Virus record (IMG/VR): IMGVR_UViG_3300032579_000010
Location: 31,016 to 95,015 of that record
Length of the DNA: 64,000 nucleotides
From: a virus
Direction: 5' to 3' (one strand)
Positions 19,401 to 33,043 of this stretch are shown in pieces (within the stretch, counting starts at the first letter, position 1; the number at the start of each line of letters is the position of its first letter). The position numbers and the translations under genes are program-made. The notes under the pieces are model-generated. The model did no database searches, had not been told where the DNA came from, and saw nothing but the letters and a program-made list of their open reading frames with translations.

Positions 19401-22400
19401 AACCGTCAATGGTGTAAGTACCAAGGTCGGTGGCAGTCAGTGTGTCGGCAGCGTGGGGCCAGTCATTCGTGAGGTTGGAACCGATTGCGTATTCCCAGTC
19501 GTTGATGCTGTCATCGTCGCCTGTGGTTGCCACAACAACGGGTTCGTGGATTTGGTACTGAATGAACTCAGGCGGACCGTTGTATCCAATGTTGCCGTAA
19601 GACATCAGCAACTGACCTGCTTCACCGTAACCACCCGTGTTGGCGTTAGCGATAAAGGTAATGTGGTCAGTACCTAGAACTGCAAGAGACGAAGCGGCAC
19701 ACTGCCAAGTCGTTCCACCATTTTGGATACCGTCAGAAATCTGAACAAGTGAAGCAGCGATTTTCTCAATGCGGTCTGCGTCGTTGTCACGGCAAAGAAT
19801 CCAGTTATTGCTTTCGTCGCCTACTTGAATAACAACCCAGATACCGTTTTCAGCAGGATTGGTCTGGTCTTTTAGAAGGAGTCGGTTGTCAAGGGCGACT
19901 GTCCAGCCGTCCATCACCCACGGGCCGGTGTAAGGGAACTCAAGAGTATCAACCCAAAGTGGATAGTCATTGGTGTTGTTTCCTGCCGAAGTGTCGGCAT
20001 CGCCAATCGTGTATGTACCGGCAATGTTTTCACCAGTGGTAGCGGCGATTACTGGCTCGTGAACACCGTAAGTAACCCATTCTGGTCCGCCATTAGTAAT
20101 GTCGCCGTAAGACATAAGCAGTTGACCAGCGGTGCCTGAGTTGGCAGTCCAAGTAGCAGTTCCGTCGTCAGCACCAAAGAGGACTGCGCCAGAGGTGATA
20201 CCAAAGGCGATTGGTCCTTGGTTACCCTGCGTACCGAGTTGTCCTTGGTAGCCCTGATTTCCTTGGTACCCTTGTGCTCCTTGGAAACCTTGGTACCCCT
20301 GCGTTCCTTGCGGACCTTCGAGGCGACCAACATTTTGCCAGACGTTACCCTCATCGTTCCAGACATAGAGGTCACCAGCGACAATGTAGGAGTCGCCTTC
20401 CTCGTCTGGACCGCTTGGATATGCCGACGTAAGGGCTTCTAAGGTGTCGTATGAGCCGTCAATCATTAAAGGCGTACCAGTGGCACCCTGATAACCTTGA
20501 TAGCCCTGCGGACCGAACTGGCTGAACGGGATTGGGTCGGTACCTAGGGTGTCGGTAGCCTTTGAGCCAGATACCCATACGGTTCCACCAAGAGTGGCAC
20601 CTTGTACGACCTGAACGATTGAAGCCGCCAACTTAAAGGCGGTGTCAATGTCATTATCACGGCAAGCAGAGAAGGCGTTAGATGTACCGTCTGACAAAAC
20701 CACATAAACGCCGTTTTCGTAAGCGTTGTTCTGGTGTTTCAGTAGGAAGCGGTCACTGACTTGCAGTGTGTATCCGTCAAGTACAAGAGTTCCTGACGAG
20801 TTGAGTGCGATTACGTCAGCGTTAGTCGGAGCATCGTTCGTGGTGTTTCCACCAACCGTGTAAGTAACGTCAACGTTTTCTGTTGAGGCAACAACGACGG
20901 GTTCGTGAACGTTCAGCGAAATGTACTGAGGTGCACCATTGGTGCCAAGGTTTCCGTAAGACATTAGGAACTGTCCTGCTGTTCCATAGCCACCGGCAAC
21001 TGTAGGAATGTAAGCGAAAATAATGTCGTCGCTACCAAGAGTCATCGTTGAGGTGGCTTGACACTGCCAAGAGGTTCCACCATTAGTCGTACCCTGAACA
21101 ACTTGGATAATCGAAGCCGCTAACTTACCAATCGTGTCAATGTCATTGTCTCGGCAGGATTGGAACGGAGTGCTTGAGCCGTCGTTTAGTACGACATAAA
21201 CACCGTTTTGGTTGGCATTTTCTTCGTCCTTGACCAAGAAGCGGTCACCAACCTGAAGTTGGTATCCGTCAATAATGTATGTACCAACCGACACACCAGT
21301 CAAGGTGTCTGCGCCTACGGGCCAGTCGTTCGTGGTGTTTCCACCAACTTCGTAGTTCCACTCAATAATGTCGTCATCGCCCGTAGTAGCAACAACTACT
21401 GGCTCGTGAATCTGGTAACTAATGAACTGCGGAGCACCGTTGTAGCCAAGGTTTCCGTAGGACATAAGAAGTTGTCCAGCCTCACCGTAGTTAGCGGTGT
21501 TGGCGTTTGCGTAGAAAACAATCGGGTGAGTACCCATTGTTGCGAGGGAAGAAGTACCACACTGCCACGTCGTTCCGCCGTTTTCATTACCTTCCGATAC
21601 CTGAATAAGCGACGCACCCAACTTTTGCATGGTGTCAACGTCATTGTCACGTATAAGAAGCCAGTTGTTCTCTGAATCACCAGCGGTACCGACTACATAC
21701 ACACCGTTTGACGCTGGGTTAGTCTGGTCTTTGAGCAGAAGACGGTCATCTTCACCAACCGTCCAGCCGTCCATTACCCAAGCGCCCGTGTAGGGGAACT
21801 CGATGGTGTCTACCCACAACGGGTAGTCGTTGGTGTTGTCGCCCGATTCCGTTTCGGCGTTTCCGACGGTGTAAGTACCTTCATCTCCAATGCTTTCACC
21901 AGTCGTAGCGGCTCGCACGGGTTCGTGGATTGCGTAGTTGACAAACTCCGGTCCGCCGTTTGCGCCATCACCATAAGACATAAGCAGGGAGCCAGCCGAG
22001 CCAGAACCTGAAGTCCAAGTGGCACTACCGTCTTGCGCACCAAAAAGAACACCAGCAGGAGCAATACCAAAAGCAATCGGCCCTTGCGAACCCTGAGTAC
22101 CAAAGTATCCTTGGAAACCTTGCGGACCTTGCGGACCTTGTTCGCCCATAGGAACGAACGTCGCCCAGTAAGTGTTAAGACCAGTTACAGGGTCAGTGGT
22201 TGGTGATTCTGATGCAGGGTTGCCGTTGTAGTTAGCGAGGTACAAGCCACCTTCGTAAAGAACTACGTCAGTCGGGTTGTATGAAGTGCCAGAAACCCAA
22301 GCACCCTTGTATTGGAAGCCTGAACCTTGGTAACCTTGATTTCCCTGAAAGCCTTGGAATCCTTGGTGACCTTGCGCACCTTGATACCCTTGATTTCCTT

Positions 22401-24783
22401 GAAGTCCGAAGCGTGTCCAAATCTGGTCGGTTTCACCAAGTGAGTCGGTGGATTTGAAGTTAGTAGTCCAAACGGTTCCACCATACGCAGAGCCTTGGAA
22501 TACTTGAACGATTGAGGCGGCAATCTTGCCTGAAGTGTCTACGTCATTGTCACGAACACCAGAAAAAGCGGTTACTGAACCGTCGCTAGTGACAACGTAA
22601 ACACCGTTATAGGCGGCGTTGTCTTGACCAGCGAGAAGGATTCGGTCATCCAACTGAACGCCGTAACCGTCAATAGTGACAGTTCCTTCAGCGTTGAGAG
22701 TAATGGTGTCGGCGGCTACTGGGTAGTCGTTCGTCGTGTCGCCACCGATTGTGTACGTTACGTCAATGTTTTCAGTAGATACAACCTGTACGGGTTCGTG
22801 AACGTTTAGTTGGATGTACTGCGGAGAACCATTGGAACCAATGTCACCGTAGGACATAAGGAACTGACCGGCTTCACCATAACCACCAGCGACGGTGGGG
22901 ATGTAGGCGAAAATGATTGGGTCAGAACCAAGGTTGGAGGTAGAACTAACCTGACACTGCCAAGAGGTACCGCCGTTAGTTGCACCCTGATAGACCTGAA
23001 CAATAGACGAGGCGAGTTTTCTGATTGTGTCTACGTCATTGTCTCGACAAGCCTGAAATGCGCTGTCTGTTCCGTCGTTGATGACGACATACACACCGTT
23101 CTGCGCAGGGTCAGTTTGGTCTTTCAGCAGGAAACGGTCATCCATTTGTAGTTGGTAACCGTCAATAACAACGTTGCCAGTAGTGCTGGCGGTCATTTGG
23201 TCTACACCACGGGGCCAGTCATTTGTCGTGTTCGCACCGACGGCAAAAACCCAGTCCCAGTTTTCACCACTCGTGGCGACTTGGACGGGTTCGTGAACGT
23301 TGTACTGGACGAACTCAGGCGGACCGTTGTAGCCGATGTTTCCATACGACATCAGCAGTTGACCTGCCTCGCCATACCCGCCAGTGTTAGCGTTGGCAAC
23401 GAAAACGATTGGGTCGGTGCCAAGTTGAGAGAGTGCTGAAGCGTTGCACTGCCAAGTAGTTCCGCCGTTCTGAACACCGTCAGAGATTTGGAACAATGAA
23501 GCCGCCAACTTCTGAATCGTGTTTGTGTCATTGTCACGGACGAGGTACCAGTCGTTTCCGGCACTACCAACGGTTGCTACGAGGTAGACACCGTTCTGCG
23601 CCTTTACTGTCTGGTCTTTTACAAGGATGCGGTCATTGGCGTGAACCGTCCAACCGTCTACTACCCAGTCGCCCGTGTAGGCGAAAGTAAGGGTGTCTGA
23701 AGCCACGCCAACGTCATTGGTCGTGTCTGCGCCGACGGTGTAAGTTCCTTCAATGTTTTCACCAGTCGTGGCGGCAGTAATGAACTCGTGAATACCGAAT
23801 GTCGTCCACTCTGGTCCGCCGTTGGCGATTTCTCCGTAGGACATAAGGATTTGTCCTGAGTTTCCAGCATTGGTCGTCCAAGTTGCCGAACCATCTTCGG
23901 CACCAAAAAGAACGCCACCCGAAGTAATACCAAAAGCAACGGGGCCTTGGTTACCTTGCGTACCAAGATTTCCCTGAAATCCCTGATGACCTTGTGCACC
24001 TTGGGAACCAGTAGAGCCTTGAGCGCCCTGAAATCCTTGGTTTCCTTGGTAGCCCTGAAGTCCAGCGGTTCCCTTTTCACCTTGAGGTCCGGTAAAGCCC
24101 TGCGGACCTTGCGAGCCACTTGCGCCCTGCGGACCTTCAGCACCTTGATAGCCACTTGCGCCGTCCATACCGTTGGCACCTTGGTATCCCTGCATACCCA
24201 TAGCGCCTTGAGCGCCTTGTGGTCCGGCAGAACCCTGCGTACCAGTTAAACCTTGCGCACCCTGAGGGGCAAAAAGTGTCCACGAGTCTAAACTAACGTC
24301 AGGCTGTTGGTCAGTGTTTCCAGAAAGGGCAATGTAAGTGTTGCCACTGTATTCAACGAGGTTGTATGTCTGGTAGTCAATCGAAGGGTTCCAACCACCA
24401 GCGTAGAAAACGCCTTGACCCGGCGCCCCCTGCGGACCGGCTGGACCAGTGGTGTACAAACCAAGGTCAGTGCTGGAAATGGTGCCAAAGATTTGGGTAA
24501 TAAAGACCGAGACTGTCTTGCTTCCGTTGTCCTCGTAAGGTAAATCCGTGATTTCAGAAATCACACCAGTCATGTAGTCGGTGTTGTCTTGGTAAATCAA
24601 GACGTTCATGTTGACGGCAAAAGCATCAGCGTTTTGAGCGCCGAAGGGAATGGTCGCACCTTGAGTAACGGTGTCGCTTAGGTTGTGCCAAATAGGGGTG
24701 TAAGTACTAGCGCCTTGGGCACCTTGAGCACCGACAATCGCTGGTACCCATTCTGAGCCGTTCCAATACTTCAACTGTGCCAT
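13453..24783 (-). CDS. Giant collagen-like fibre protein (3776 aa) with 12 copies of a globular fibre domain
   Basis: Long G-X-Q tracts separating four modules, each with three HEPV..ATTG..DR(I/F)LxKDQT..NGVY..RDND domains; C-terminal trimer-type domain ending ASLTQFSV. Confidence 0.9.
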   Translation of the reverse strand: MAQLKYWNGSEWVPAIVGAQGAQGASTYTPIWHNLSDTVTQGATIPFGAQNADAFAVNMNVLIYQDNTDYMTGVISEITDLPYEDNGSKTVSVFITQIFGTISSTDLGLYTTGPAGPQGAPGQGVFYAGGWNPSIDYQTYNLVEYSGNTYIALSGNTDQQPDVSLDSWTLFAPQGAQGLTGTQGSAGPQGAQGAMGMQGYQGANGMDGASGYQGAEGPQGASGSQGPQGFTGPQGEKGTAGLQGYQGNQGFQGAQGSTGSQGAQGHQGFQGNLGTQGNQGPVAFGITSGGVLFGAEDGSATWTTNAGNSGQILMSYGEIANGGPEWTTFGIHEFITAATTGENIEGTYTVGADTTNDVGVASDTLTFAYTGDWVVDGWTVHANDRILVKDQTVKAQNGVYLVATVGSAGNDWYLVRDNDTNTIQKLAASLFQISDGVQNGGTTWQCNASALSQLGTDPIVFVANANTGGYGEAGQLLMSYGNIGYNGPPEFVQYNVHEPVQVATSGENWDWVFAVGANTTNDWPRGVDQMTASTTGNVVIDGYQLQMDDRFLLKDQTDPAQNGVYVVINDGTDSAFQACRDNDVDTIRKLASSIVQVYQGATNGGTSWQCQVSSTSNLGSDPIIFAYIPTVAGGYGEAGQFLMSYGDIGSNGSPQYIQLNVHEPVQVVSTENIDVTYTIGGDTTNDYPVAADTITLNAEGTVTIDGYGVQLDDRILLAGQDNAAYNGVYVVTSDGSVTAFSGVRDNDVDTSGKIAASIVQVFQGSAYGGTVWTTNFKSTDSLGETDQIWTRFGLQGNQGYQGAQGHQGFQGFQGNQGYQGSGFQYKGAWVSGTSYNPTDVVLYEGGLYLANYNGNPASESPTTDPVTGLNTYWATFVPMGEQGPQGPQGFQGYFGTQGSQGPIAFGIAPAGVLFGAQDGSATWTSGSGSAGSLLMSYGDGANGGPEFVNYAIHEPVRAATTGESIGDEGTYTVGNAETESGDNTNDYPLWVDTIEFPYTGAWVMDGWTVGEDDRLLLKDQTNPASNGVYVVGTAGDSENNWLLIRDNDVDTMQKLGASLIQVSEGNENGGTTWQCGTSSLATMGTHPIVFYANANTANYGEAGQLLMSYGNLGYNGAPQFISYQIHEPVVVATTGDDDIIEWNYEVGGNTTNDWPVGADTLTGVSVGTYIIDGYQLQVGDRFLVKDEENANQNGVYVVLNDGSSTPFQSCRDNDIDTIGKLAASIIQVVQGTTNGGTSWQCQATSTMTLGSDDIIFAYIPTVAGGYGTAGQFLMSYGNLGTNGAPQYISLNVHEPVVVASTENVDVTYTVGGNTTNDAPTNADVIALNSSGTLVLDGYTLQVSDRFLLKHQNNAYENGVYVVLSDGTSNAFSACRDNDIDTAFKLAASIVQVVQGATLGGTVWVSGSKATDTLGTDPIPFSQFGPQGYQGYQGATGTPLMIDGSYDTLEALTSAYPSGPDEEGDSYIVAGDLYVWNDEGNVWQNVGRLEGPQGTQGYQGFQGAQGYQGNQGYQGQLGTQGNQGPIAFGITSGAVLFGADDGTATWTANSGTAGQLLMSYGDITNGGPEWVTYGVHEPVIAATTGENIAGTYTIGDADTSAGNNTNDYPLWVDTLEFPYTGPWVMDGWTVALDNRLLLKDQTNPAENGIWVVIQVGDESNNWILCRDNDADRIEKIAASLVQISDGIQNGGTTWQCAASSLAVLGTDHITFIANANTGGYGEAGQLLMSYGNIGYNGPPEFIQYQIHEPVVVATTGDDDSINDWEYAIGSNLTNDWPHAADTLTATDLGTYTIDGYTLQVNDRFLVKDEEDANQNGVYVVLSDGSTEVFQAVRDNDVDTIGKLSASIIQVLQGTQNGGTSWQCQTSSTATLGTEPIVFAYIPTVAGGYGTAGQFLMSYGEIGTNGSPQYISLNIHEPVTVSSDGTSLDVTYTSGGDTTNDYPVAADTITSNRSGTVTLDGYTVQVGDRFLLLHQDDAYQNGVYVCTSDGTENAFSAVRDNDIDTADKLAASIVQVKQGDTYGGSVWTTTFKATDTLGTDPVIWQAFGPQGYQGFQGNQGFQGNQGYQGNQGYQGNRGTGWFEGTENPLSTIPGIKDGDQYLKVTDGSTWVYGANTQTWYGTGNLTGPQGYQGNQGYQGYQGTTGAQGSQGFQGNQGFQGSTGAQGVQGATGAQGSQGFQGNQGYQGATGAQGVQGHQGLQGYQGNQGETGAQGNQGFQGDTGAQGTQGFQGFQGFQGNQGYQGPQGYQGTQGYQGYFGQQGTQGPIAYGITSGGVMFGATDGSATWSSAGNAGQLLMSYGDIANGGPEFITYGVHEPVRVATTGENLAGTYTVGDADTSAGDNTNDHPLWVDTLDIPVSGTWRIDGYTVQVDDRILVKDQTNAAENGVYVVSSLNDDNGKIHLIRDNDVDRIEKIAASLIQVSEGTENGGTTWQCATSALAVMGTDPITFIANANTGSYGNAGQLLMSYGNIGHNGPPQYIQYQIHEPVVVATTGENWDWTYAVGANLTNDWPVAADTFTATGVGTVTIDGYQLASNDRFLLKDQTNSAQNGVYVVLVDGTDGESAFEAVRDNDVDTVDKLAASIIQVSSGSENGGTSWQCQLKTGTTLGSDPIVFAYIPTFAGGYGEAGQLLMSYGNLGLNGPPQYVQYNVHEPVELASTGNVDVTYVANNNTSNDYPVTADVINLNISGTLSLDGYVLSVDDRFLLKDQTTASQNGVYVVTSDGSSSGFSAVRDNDIDTAGKIAASIVQVLKGTTNGGTVWVTSFKSTNALGTDDMPWREFGPQGAQGYQGDSGYSVTIAGSYDTIEDLTSAHPSGPAITGQVYVIVGQVYAWNAELNEWQEVADILGPQGYQGTQGYQGNAGTAFNIQGTYSSESALEAAWPTGPDVPGTAYIVGPDVYVWSTAESQWISVGTVQGPQGNQGASGAQGYQGAQGTQGYQGSTGAQGSQGYTGATGSQGAQGYQGAIGYQGVQGAQGYQGYTGSQGAQGYQGLQGYQGVQGSQGTQGHQGVQGVQGADFPAYAITTVSALDATGADVGSTAVFYNATTDSYYTGQAVTLAGNDTDGVAVFYTGFIYSVVNAGGSGFEFTISLTGYSGEGATGTISNWYFSLSGIQGVQGYQGFRGFTGPQGSQGNQGTRGYQGYQGYQGSTGAQGSQGYQGFTGAQGTQGVQGATGATGTQGAQGYQGFTGAQGTQGVQGSTGATGSQGAQGYQGTTGAQGSTGAQGVQGYQGAQGYQGYQGNVGATGGIGPQGSQGLTGATGAQGTQGTQGYTGATGNQGVQGATGATGAQGAQGPQGYQGYTGAQGTTGAQGFQGFQGSQGNQGFQGNTGSTGGYGPQGTQGLTGAQGSTGAQGTQGVQGVTGLQGAQGAQGYQGSTGATGNQGAQGVQGAIGYQGVQGAQGLQGYTGAQGATGSQGVQGYQGTQGTQGYQGSTGSTGGYGPQGAQGQTGPQGTQGYQGYQGYQGASFATTSTTSLTIGTGSQTLTVGTGLAYTAGQGVSLVSTVGTMVGLVASYNASTGALVVNVATVTGSGTSSTWTVNVDGQKGAQGYQGYQGNTGATGPQGYQGATGSQGYQGTQGNQGFQGFTGAQGSTGAQGVQGYQGITGSTGAQGPQGYQGNQGYQGNQGYQGTPATTINTVFTSPIETTYLNSNSPNGVQTIYLTGQGSLVLFTSQATNTFQFNFTGTSGGSTLNSLLSVGQSVTVAVMVLQGGSGASYYCNTVYIDGSQSSIYWAGGLGYPTNGYANGYDAYNFTITKTANATYVIFASLTQF

Positions 24784-24874
24784 TAAAGACCCTTGCTGCT
24801 AGAGGGGCGTAATCCCAACGTTTTCTAGACCAAATCTTACAACGGATTTTGGGAAACCCACGTTTAAGATTTCA

Positions 24875-27800
24875 CTAGTTCACTGGCACTGCAAAACCAG
24901 AAAGCCACGTTGATGACTGGTTTGGCGTTACGTTTCCGCTTGTGTCAATCGTAACGTAGGTCATGTTGGCGGTTCCGTACTGCTGTGCAACATAAGTCGC
25001 TTGGTATGCTGGGCGGTATCCAGAAGGCAGGGTAAAGGCGGTCTGACCGGCTGTTCCACCAGAAATAGCGCCAACCATGTAAACAACGTTGTTTATCCGC
25101 CTATAGTAAACCGAGTCACCGCTGACCGCCGAGAAGCCATTGCTGAACGAAGTAACCTGAATCCAGCCCGTATCGCCCAAGGAAACGCCATTGTGCGTAC
25201 CAGCGACATTGAGGTTTCCGCTGTCGTCAAGCGAGAAAATGGTGGTGTTGTAGGCGTTATTGACGATTTCCAGCCCACCGTTATTGTTCATACGGATTGA
25301 CTTTTGAGGGTTGGAAGCACCTGAGTTTGTGTTCGTCAAGGTCATTAGACCTGCGTAGTTAGAACCACCGTGACCGTTGGATGACTGAATCGTCAGTGGG
25401 TCGGTATTGGTTGTGGTGGAAATGGCTAGGTCAAGAGGCGCTGTAGGCGTTGCACCTTGGCTTCCTTGCGAACCCTGAAAGCCTTGGGCACCCTGAGCGC
25501 CGATAGTGGCGTAGGTTAAGGCAGTTCCACTTGAGTTGACTACCAGAGCCTGACCTTGCGTACCAAGGGTCGTTAAACCAGTTCCACCGTGGGCGATTGG
25601 CAACGTGTTCACAAGGTCATCAGCGTCAGCCGACGTAATCATGTACCAGTTTCCACCATTGTAGTTAATGAACTGGTACGCTCCATTAACGGGAACTGTG
25701 TATGACGTTACGGGCGAAGAAGAGCCAATGTCGTACATAGCATTACTGGTGAATCCAAGATTGACCGTTACGGAGGCACGGTTAATAACACGCCACGTTG
25801 CGTTTGCTGTGGCTGGTGGCGCAGTAATGGTCTGACCAGAAGTTGAGCCAGTAAAGAGGGTGGCTTCGTTAACATTTGCGGTTGCTGATGATGAACGTAA
25901 GGTTACAACCTGCGAACCAGCATTTCCTTGGTAGCCCTGATACCCCTGATTTCCTTGTGTGCCTTGGCTTCCAGCGACACCTTGGTGACCCTGTGTTCCT
26001 TGGTAACCTTGCGTACCCTGAGCGCCTGTGTAACCTTGCGTTCCGTTAGCACCTTGGTTCCCTTGCGTACCAGTTGAGCCTTGTGCTCCTACAGAGCCTT
26101 GAGCGCCAGTAGCACCCTGCGCACCTTGAGCACCCTGCGCTCCGTCAGCACCGCTAGTGCCTTGGTAGCCCTGTGCTCCTTGAGAGCCAGTAGCACCCTG
26201 CGGACCAGTATCACCACGGAAACCAGTCGTTCCCTGTGCGCCCTGAACACCAGTCGGTCCTTGTGAACCTGTCGTGCCTTGTACGCCCTGTGAACCTTGT
26301 GAGCCTTGTGACCCAGTGATTCCTTGGGTTCCCTGAACCCCCTGCGTTCCTTGTACGCCTTGGGTACCCTGTGAACCTTGGTAACCTTGCGTACCTTGTA
26401 CGCCGGGGATTCCACTTAGGTTGATGTTCCAAGAACTGACGGGGTTGCTGTAGGGCGAAACCTGCGTCGCTTTCAACTCAAGGGTGCCGTCGCTTGACGT
26501 GTAGCCAATGACGGATGCGGTCATAAAGATTGTTGCGTCAGAACTGTCGCAAATGACAACCGATTCGCCGTTTGTGTATGAAAGGTTTTCACCAACCGTG
26601 ATTACAAATACGTCATTGAGCGAAATGGTCGAGAGGGTCAGCGTGTTGGTCGAAGTGGTCTGATAAACAGCACCTTGGTAGCCTTGGACACCTTGTGTTC
26701 CCTGAACGCCTTGGTAGCCTTGCGAGCCTTGATACCCCTGCGCACCTTGTACGCCCTGAACTCCTTGTGAGCCTTGGGTTCCGATTCCACCTTGGGCACC
26801 CTGAGCACCTTGTAGTGCGGTAGCAGGAGTTGTTTCGTCCAGCCAGAGAACTGATGTGTCGCTCGGCGGCACTCCGTCGTCTGAATCGTAGATACCACGG
26901 TCACCGATTTCACCTTGGTAACCTTGCGTCCCCTGATAACCCTGATAACCCTGAGGTCCAATAATGTTCGCAACGGCGACCCACACCATTGTGTTGATTT
27001 CCCAGACGTAGAGTTGCCCCTGAACAACGTATGAGTTGCTTTGGTCAACTGGTCCGGTTGGAAAGGCGGCTTCTAGGTCAGCGAGTGTGTCGTATTCACC
27101 TTGAATGTTGGTGGCTTGACCAGCCGTTCCCTGATAACCCTGATTACCTTGGTAACCCTGCGAGCCAGTAGAGCCTTGTGGTCCTTGATACCCTTGAGCA
27201 CCAGTCTGACCTTGGTTGCCTTGATAACCTTGATAGCCCTGATTTCCTTGAAATCCCTGAACACCTTGGTTGCCTTGATAACCTTGATATCCTTGATTTC
27301 CTTGAAATCCCTGAACACCTTGAGAACCTTGTACGCCTTGATTTCCCTGCGTACCTTGGAATCCTTGATTACCTTGGCTACCTGTTGCACCCTGACTTCC
27401 TTGTGAACCAGTGGTACCTTGAGCACCTTGGTACCCCTGAGCGCCCTGTGCTCCCGTCGAACCTTGCGAGCCTTGGCTACCAGTAGAACCTTGGAACCCT
27501 TGGTTGCCTTGGAACCCTTGATTTCCTTTCGAGCCTTGTACGCCTTGGCTACCCTGAGAGCCTTGCTGACCCTGATAACCCTGAAAACCCTGCGGACCAA
27601 CGGCACCGTCAAGGTTTACCGTCCAAGACGAACCCGATGGTGAACCAATAATGTCGTCAGAGGAGGCGATGTTATAAGTCAGTGAGCCAGTTGAAGGGTT
27701 GTACGAAAGAACGGTGGCGTTGAAGTAGTTGTTTGAGTCAACGGCGACAACAATCGTTTGTGGTGATGAGTAGGCAAGACCAGTGCCGACAACGAGTGAC

Positions 27801-29923
27801 GAGTTTCCAACAGTGACACTCGGAATGTTTGTTGTACTTGACGTTGAGTAAACATCACCAGCAATACCTTGATAACCCTGCGTTCCTTGATAACCCTGAT
27901 TACCTTGTGGTCCGTAACCACCTGTGGAACCAGTGACACCTTGATACCCTTGGTGACCTTGCGTACCTTGGTTTCCTTGATAGCCTTGCGGTCCTTGTGA
28001 ACCTGTAGAACCCTGTGAACCTGTAGAACCCTGCGCACCTGTCGAACCTTGGGTACCTTGATTACCTGTTACACCAATAACACCTTGGGTACCTTGGTAA
28101 CCTTGAAAACCTTGGTATCCCTGCGCACCCTGCGAGCCAGTTGCACCAGTTGAGCCTTGTACACCTTGGGTACCTTGTACGCCCTGTGTTCCTTGATAGC
28201 CCTGAAAACCTTGATTTCCTTGCGAACCTGTAGCACCAGTTGTTCCTTGTGCACCTGTTACACCCTGACTACCTTGGTAGCCTTGAGCACCTTGCGACCC
28301 AGTAGCGCCTTGAACGCCTTGCGAACCAGTCGAACCTTGACTTCCCTGTACGCCTGTGGCACCTTGTGAACCCGTGGAACCTTGGTATCCCTGTACGCCT
28401 TGATTCCCCTGAGTGCCTTGTGCGCCAGTTAGACCCTGAACACCTTGATTGCCTTGAACACCTTGTGTGCCTTGGTATCCCTGCGGCCCGGTAGCACCAG
28501 TAGCGCCCTGATTTCCTTGGGTACCTTGGTAACCAGTTGAACCCTGCGGTCCGGTAGCACCTTGGCTACCTTGTGAGCCTTGAACACCAGTTTGTCCTTG
28601 CGCACCAGTTTGTCCTTGGTACCCTTGGTTGCCTTGTGCCCCAGTGGAACCCTGAGCGCCTGTTACGCCTTGAGCACCTGTGGCTCCTTGGACACCCTGA
28701 TTACCTTGCGGTCCAGTTGAGCCTGTTGTTCCTTGATAGCCTTGTGCGCCCTGCTGTCCGGTGTCACCCTTGACACCTTGATAGCCCTGAAATCCCTGCG
28801 TACCTTGCAGACCAGTTGCACCTTGAACACCCTGCGCACCAGTGACACCGATTACACCTTGAGTACCTTGTGGCCCTTGCGCTCCTGTAACACCAGTCGC
28901 ACCTTGGTAACCTTGCGCTCCTGTAACACCAGTTACACCTTGATAGCCTTGGCTACCTTGTACACCTTGTAAGCCTTGAGAACCAGTTGAACCTTGAGCA
29001 CCCTGTGGTCCGGTAGCACCCGTTAGACCAGTCGTGCCTTGCGTTCCTTGCGGACCAGTTGCTCCCGTCGAGCCTTGGTAACCCTGATTTCCTTGGGAAC
29101 CAGTGGCACCTGTAGAGCCTTGTACGCCCTGCGTACCTTGATACCCTTGGCTTCCCTGAGCGCCTGTACTTCCTTGCGCTCCTGTACTTCCCTGAGCACC
29201 CGTTACACCTTGGTAACCCTGATGACCCTGCGTTCCTTGCGCACCCGTGCTTCCCGTAGCGCCTTGTGCGCCAGTAACACCTTGCGGACCTTGTGTGCCC
29301 TGCGCACCAGTGGCTCCTGTACTACCTGTAGCGCCTTGCGAACCCTGTTGTCCAGTTGCGCCCGTCGAACCTTGAGTGCCTTGCACTCCTTGGCTACCTT
29401 GAGCACCTTGAACACCCTGATACCCACGAGCACCTGCGGCACTCCAAGCCAACGAGCCGTCTGACTGTATGGTGAGGACTTCGCCCTGCGTACCGACACC
29501 GAGACGAGATAGTTCGTTTTCACCACTACCGACGAGTAAGTCGCCAGATGCTTGGATTTGTCCAATGGTATTGGCAACCGCTTTGTTGGCTTCAGCAAAG
29601 TCAATGGCAGTCGAAACTGGTGCGACAACGGCGTTGACGGGGTGGGTAAGGGCAAGTGTGCCGTCAGCACCACGTTGAACGCCAGTGAGGGTAACGGTGA
29701 GGGCTGTCCAGTTGTATGAACCAGCCGGTACATAAATCTTTTCCTCGTTTTCAGTACCAATACTGATGTCAAGGAAGAAGCCACCGCCTACGCCCAGCCC
29801 AGCCCAGCCACCAGTGGTGTTGGTGAGGACTACTGTGGTCGAGGTGTTGTCAAGGGCGTCATACAGAAATGCGTTTGGTGCGGCACCAACGTAACTATTC
29901 TGTGTGTAAGAAGCCCTTGCCAT
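24875..29923 (-). CDS. Collagen-like fibre protein (1682 aa)
   Basis: N-terminal anchor domain shared with 33043..37215; several hundred G-X-Q triplets; C-terminal DTGW...YRRINNVVY...FTLPSGYRP receptor-binding-type domain. Confidence 0.9.
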   Translation of the reverse strand: MARASYTQNSYVGAAPNAFLYDALDNTSTTVVLTNTTGGWAGLGVGGGFFLDISIGTENEEKIYVPAGSYNWTALTVTLTGVQRGADGTLALTHPVNAVVAPVSTAIDFAEANKAVANTIGQIQASGDLLVGSGENELSRLGVGTQGEVLTIQSDGSLAWSAAGARGYQGVQGAQGSQGVQGTQGSTGATGQQGSQGATGSTGATGAQGTQGPQGVTGAQGATGSTGAQGTQGHQGYQGVTGAQGSTGAQGSTGAQGSQGYQGTQGVQGSTGATGSQGNQGYQGSTGATGPQGTQGTTGLTGATGPQGAQGSTGSQGLQGVQGSQGYQGVTGVTGAQGYQGATGVTGAQGPQGTQGVIGVTGAQGVQGATGLQGTQGFQGYQGVKGDTGQQGAQGYQGTTGSTGPQGNQGVQGATGAQGVTGAQGSTGAQGNQGYQGQTGAQGQTGVQGSQGSQGATGPQGSTGYQGTQGNQGATGATGPQGYQGTQGVQGNQGVQGLTGAQGTQGNQGVQGYQGSTGSQGATGVQGSQGSTGSQGVQGATGSQGAQGYQGSQGVTGAQGTTGATGSQGNQGFQGYQGTQGVQGTQGVQGSTGATGSQGAQGYQGFQGYQGTQGVIGVTGNQGTQGSTGAQGSTGSQGSTGSQGPQGYQGNQGTQGHQGYQGVTGSTGGYGPQGNQGYQGTQGYQGIAGDVYSTSSTTNIPSVTVGNSSLVVGTGLAYSSPQTIVVAVDSNNYFNATVLSYNPSTGSLTYNIASSDDIIGSPSGSSWTVNLDGAVGPQGFQGYQGQQGSQGSQGVQGSKGNQGFQGNQGFQGSTGSQGSQGSTGAQGAQGYQGAQGTTGSQGSQGATGSQGNQGFQGTQGNQGVQGSQGVQGFQGNQGYQGYQGNQGVQGFQGNQGYQGYQGNQGQTGAQGYQGPQGSTGSQGYQGNQGYQGTAGQATNIQGEYDTLADLEAAFPTGPVDQSNSYVVQGQLYVWEINTMVWVAVANIIGPQGYQGYQGTQGYQGEIGDRGIYDSDDGVPPSDTSVLWLDETTPATALQGAQGAQGGIGTQGSQGVQGVQGAQGYQGSQGYQGVQGTQGVQGYQGAVYQTTSTNTLTLSTISLNDVFVITVGENLSYTNGESVVICDSSDATIFMTASVIGYTSSDGTLELKATQVSPYSNPVSSWNINLSGIPGVQGTQGYQGSQGTQGVQGTQGVQGTQGITGSQGSQGSQGVQGTTGSQGPTGVQGAQGTTGFRGDTGPQGATGSQGAQGYQGTSGADGAQGAQGAQGATGAQGSVGAQGSTGTQGNQGANGTQGYTGAQGTQGYQGTQGHQGVAGSQGTQGNQGYQGYQGNAGSQVVTLRSSSATANVNEATLFTGSTSGQTITAPPATANATWRVINRASVTVNLGFTSNAMYDIGSSSPVTSYTVPVNGAYQFINYNGGNWYMITSADADDLVNTLPIAHGGTGLTTLGTQGQALVVNSSGTALTYATIGAQGAQGFQGSQGSQGATPTAPLDLAISTTTNTDPLTIQSSNGHGGSNYAGLMTLTNTNSGASNPQKSIRMNNNGGLEIVNNAYNTTIFSLDDSGNLNVAGTHNGVSLGDTGWIQVTSFSNGFSAVSGDSVYYRRINNVVYMVGAISGGTAGQTAFTLPSGYRPAYQATYVAQQYGTANMTYVTIDTSGNVTPNQSSTWLSGFAVPVN

Positions 29924-29998
29924 TATTCCACCACTTCACGACTAGGTTTAGACGATGGCGCTAGTCTGAAGCAATCTTACCCCAGCCTTTGATTTTCT

Positions 29999-31258
29999 CT
30001 AAGCCCCTAACTGACCGCCAAATCGCTCTGAGTCGTCCTTAATGGCAATCAGATTGGCGCAAACATAGGGAATCTGATGGGTCTGGTGCCAAGGGCTTGG
30101 ATAGAACGTCATCATACGGCTCTTTTGGAAATCAGTCTTGATTTCGGGAACGTACTTGCGGTAGTTAGCGTCAATCCAGTACCAAAAACTGTTTTCGTTA
30201 TAGAAAGCGTTGTGGGTTGGGTCTTGGTAAGCGCCTCGCCCGTCAGTACTAGGGGTGAGTGTGAGCAACATTCCACCTTGAGCCAAGACTCGGTACATTT
30301 CGTTCCACAGGCAAACTTTGTCAGGAATGTGCTCTAGGAAGTCAGCAGCACGGATTACACCAACCGTGCCGTCCTCCATGTCGCCCAAAACGTTGAAAAT
30401 GTCGCCAACTAGGTCGGCTGGCTCGTGCATATCCACCGACAAGAAGCCGGGCGCTGGGTTGTGCGCCGCACCGAGGTCAAGTGCTAGCAAGTTGTTGTCT
30501 TTTGCCCATTTCACTGACATTTCCATGATGTTGCGGTCATAGATTTCGACAGTCTTTTGTTGTATTTCGTTGTTTAGTTCCTGCTGAGCCTGACTCTGCT
30601 CGCTGTGGAGGCGCTGTAGGTACAACTTCTTTTGAATGTGGTGAAACTTTGTAACCTTGTAGAAGCGCACCATAATGTCAGCGTCGTCGCAAATGCGTAG
30701 AGACTTGTTGTATCCGCCGATTTTCTTGTACGTTGCAGCACGAAAGGCTCGCAAGTGGTTCGGAGCAAACCAAATGTAGGCGACGTGGTGGGGGTGTGGT
30801 GACTTTCCTTCACAAACGTGGTGTCCGTCCTCGTCGTCGTAGTAAGACCAGCCGTAAGAACGGTCAAACTCACGCTTGCTGGGGTTGCCTTGCTCGTCTA
30901 TTTCAGCAAAGTCTGAATAAACAAATCCGACCTCTGCGTCTGCGTCAAATGCCTTTTGCACTTCCTCTAGCGCCGTCGGCATCAAAAGGTCGTCATGGTC
31001 AAGTTCGATAAGGATTTCACCACTACAAAGGGCGACTGCCTCGTTCTTAAGGGTGCCGATAACGGGCTTTGACTTTGTGGTGTGGACTTTGACACGCTCG
31101 TCGTCTTGGTCGTACCAATCGTTTTCGCCTTCGAGGGCGTTACCGTTCAGTAACACCACCCATTCCCAGTCGGTAACAGTCTGGGCAACAAGGCTTTCGT
31201 AGCAGGTTCGTAACCATTTGGTGTTGTGACTTGGTGTGAAGATAGATAACATTTCCAT
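29999..31258 (-). CDS. GT2 glycosyltransferase fused to class I SAM methyltransferase-like domain
   Basis: SIFTPSHN, AQTVTDWEWVV, ELDHDD (DxD), DDAD; C-terminal LDLGAA...DFLEHIPD...RVLAQGG...QDPTH. Confidence 0.85.
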   Translation of the reverse strand: MEMLSIFTPSHNTKWLRTCYESLVAQTVTDWEWVVLLNGNALEGENDWYDQDDERVKVHTTKSKPVIGTLKNEAVALCSGEILIELDHDDLLMPTALEEVQKAFDADAEVGFVYSDFAEIDEQGNPSKREFDRSYGWSYYDDEDGHHVCEGKSPHPHHVAYIWFAPNHLRAFRAATYKKIGGYNKSLRICDDADIMVRFYKVTKFHHIQKKLYLQRLHSEQSQAQQELNNEIQQKTVEIYDRNIMEMSVKWAKDNNLLALDLGAAHNPAPGFLSVDMHEPADLVGDIFNVLGDMEDGTVGVIRAADFLEHIPDKVCLWNEMYRVLAQGGMLLTLTPSTDGRGAYQDPTHNAFYNENSFWYWIDANYRKYVPEIKTDFQKSRMMTFYPSPWHQTHQIPYVCANLIAIKDDSERFGGQLGA

Positions 31259-31291
31259 ACCCTACATCATTTCAGTAACACTCGTTGGGTT

Positions 31292-33043
31292 TTAGAACTC
31301 GATTGAGATTGAGGCGTTGCCACCACCGCCCACTGAACCTAGCCAATAAACGTAACTGTAAGGACCGATTGTTCCCGTGTAGGCAGGAGGCGTTCCGCCA
31401 ATGGTGGGTGTTAATGAGTAGGCAGAAGTCAGCCAGTATAGCAATACAACGCCACCAGAGCCAGACCAGCCATAGCCATAAGTTGAACCGGGGCCACCAG
31501 CACCGGTGCCGTTTCCACCAGTCCCATTGGCACCTGAGGTGTTGGAACCCGGCCCGCCTTGTCCGGGATAAAAACCAAGAGAGTTAAGGGGCGAAGGGAG
31601 CCACGCAGTTGCGGACGATGCTGAAGCACCGCCATTACCGGGGACTGTGCTGGTCGTCTGCGGCGTTGAACTTCCGCCAGCACCGCCTGTTCCACCGCCA
31701 CCGCCACCGGCGTACTTTGAGCCAGCACCACCGGCGTAACCTTGCGGTGAACCGCTGGCGCCACCTGAACCCTTGTAAGTTCCGACTGACCCGCCACCAG
31801 CACCGCCGTTACCAGAATGAGCGTTGAACGTACTAGTTCCACCATTACCGCCAGTTGAACTGGTACTTGTAGTTCCAGTTCCGCCGTTCCCAACCAAACC
31901 TGAATAGTTGGTGCCAACTGTTGCGGTCATAGCAGCGTTGACATAGCCACCTGCGCCACCCCCCGTGTAAGCGCCTCCGCCTCCGCCTCCGCCTTGAACG
32001 TAGTAGTTGAGAGTAAAGGTAGAAGGTGGGGGTGGTGGGAGTGGTGGGGGTGGTGGGGGTGGTATGACAGGATTAGGTATTACTGAACTAGTTGAACTAC
32101 TAAGCGCAGAGTTTCCAGCGCCGTTAGTTGCATAAACAGAAAAACTGTAAGAGGTTCCCTGAGAAAAGGTTTCAGTAATAGTCAGGGGACTGCTTGTTCC
32201 ATTGACTATCGCACCAGTAACGTTGTCATGAACCGTGTAACTTGTCGGCGCTGAATAGTTTGTTACGTCCCCAACAGAGAATGAGACTTGGACTTGAGTT
32301 GTGCTCACAACTGACGCTGAACCTATTGTGGGTGTCGCTGGCACGGTAAAGAACTGGTAAGTAGTGCTTGAAGCGCTTTGTGACGCTCCTGAGGCGTTAT
32401 ACGCATCAACTACAAACGAGTAGTACTGGTTTGCTGATGCCGAAAAGGTAAAGGAAGTCGAGTTGCTTCCTCCATAAGCAACTGTCGCATAGTTGTTGCC
32501 CAAAGTGTCCATGACGGAATAACCAGTCGGCGTATTTCCATTGGTGATTGTGCCCGGTGTCCAAGAAATAGCAACCGAAGCCGTAGCCGTCGAACCAGAA
32601 GAGGAAACGTGTGGAGAACTGTTGCCAGATATTGTTTGTGGGGTGAAGGCGGAGATGGTTGGAGACGATGGCGGATTGAAAGGTATTACAGAGTTACTCA
32701 CATTCTGAGCGCCCCAAATAGTTGCGTTTTCACCAGCACTGTTTTGAGAAACAACTGCGTAGTAGTAAGGGACATTTGGGGCGTAGACGAATGAACCGGG
32801 GTAAATAAACGCTGTGTTTGTACCAAACGCAACAGTGGTAACCAAGGAATAACTTGATGAACTCGTTCCACAGTAAACCAAGTATTGCGTTGGTTGATTT
32901 TTAGACGTGGACGTAGGCGCTGTCCAAGAAACCGCTACTTCAGTAGTTGTAACAACAGAAGCATTTACCCCTGTTGGGTTGTTTGGAATCGTGACAAGGT
33001 GATTCGTGATAGACGAAGCATCAACACCCGGCAACAGTTCCAT
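31292..33043 (-). CDS. Fibre-tip adhesin: three FN3 domains + polyproline + glycine-rich domain
   Basis: Likely start [10 protein letters not shown] coupled to upstream stop; FN3 patterns; PPPPPPPLPPPPP; GGGGGG-rich C-terminal domain. Confidence 0.75.
   Translation of the reverse strand: MELLPGVDASSITNHLVTIPNNPTGVNASVVTTTEVAVSWTAPTSTSKNQPTQYLVYCGTSSSSYSLVTTVAFGTNTAFIYPGSFVYAPNVPYYYAVVSQNSAGENATIWGAQNVSNSVIPFNPPSSPTISAFTPQTISGNSSPHVSSSGSTATASVAISWTPGTITNGNTPTGYSVMDTLGNNYATVAYGGSNSTSFTFSASANQYYSFVVDAYNASGASQSASSTTYQFFTVPATPTIGSASVVSTTQVQVSFSVGDVTNYSAPTSYTVHDNVTGAIVNGTSSPLTITETFSQGTSYSFSVYATNGAGNSALSSSTSSVIPNPVIPPPPPPPLPPPPPSTFTLNYYVQGGGGGGGAYTGGGAGGYVNAAMTATVGTNYSGLVGNGGTGTTSTSSTGGNGGTSTFNAHSGNGGAGGGSVGTYKGSGGASGSPQGYAGGAGSKYAGGGGGGTGGAGGSSTPQTTSTVPGNGGASASSATAWLPSPLNSLGFYPGQGGPGSNTSGANGTGGNGTGAGGPGSTYGYGWSGSGGVVLLYWLTSAYSLTPTIGGTPPAYTGTIGPYSYVYWLGSVGGGGNASISIEF

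Noticed and set aside
27209-27316. 54-bp tandem duplication in a collagen tract
   Set aside because: Real, but an ordinary slippage expansion of repeat-coding DNA
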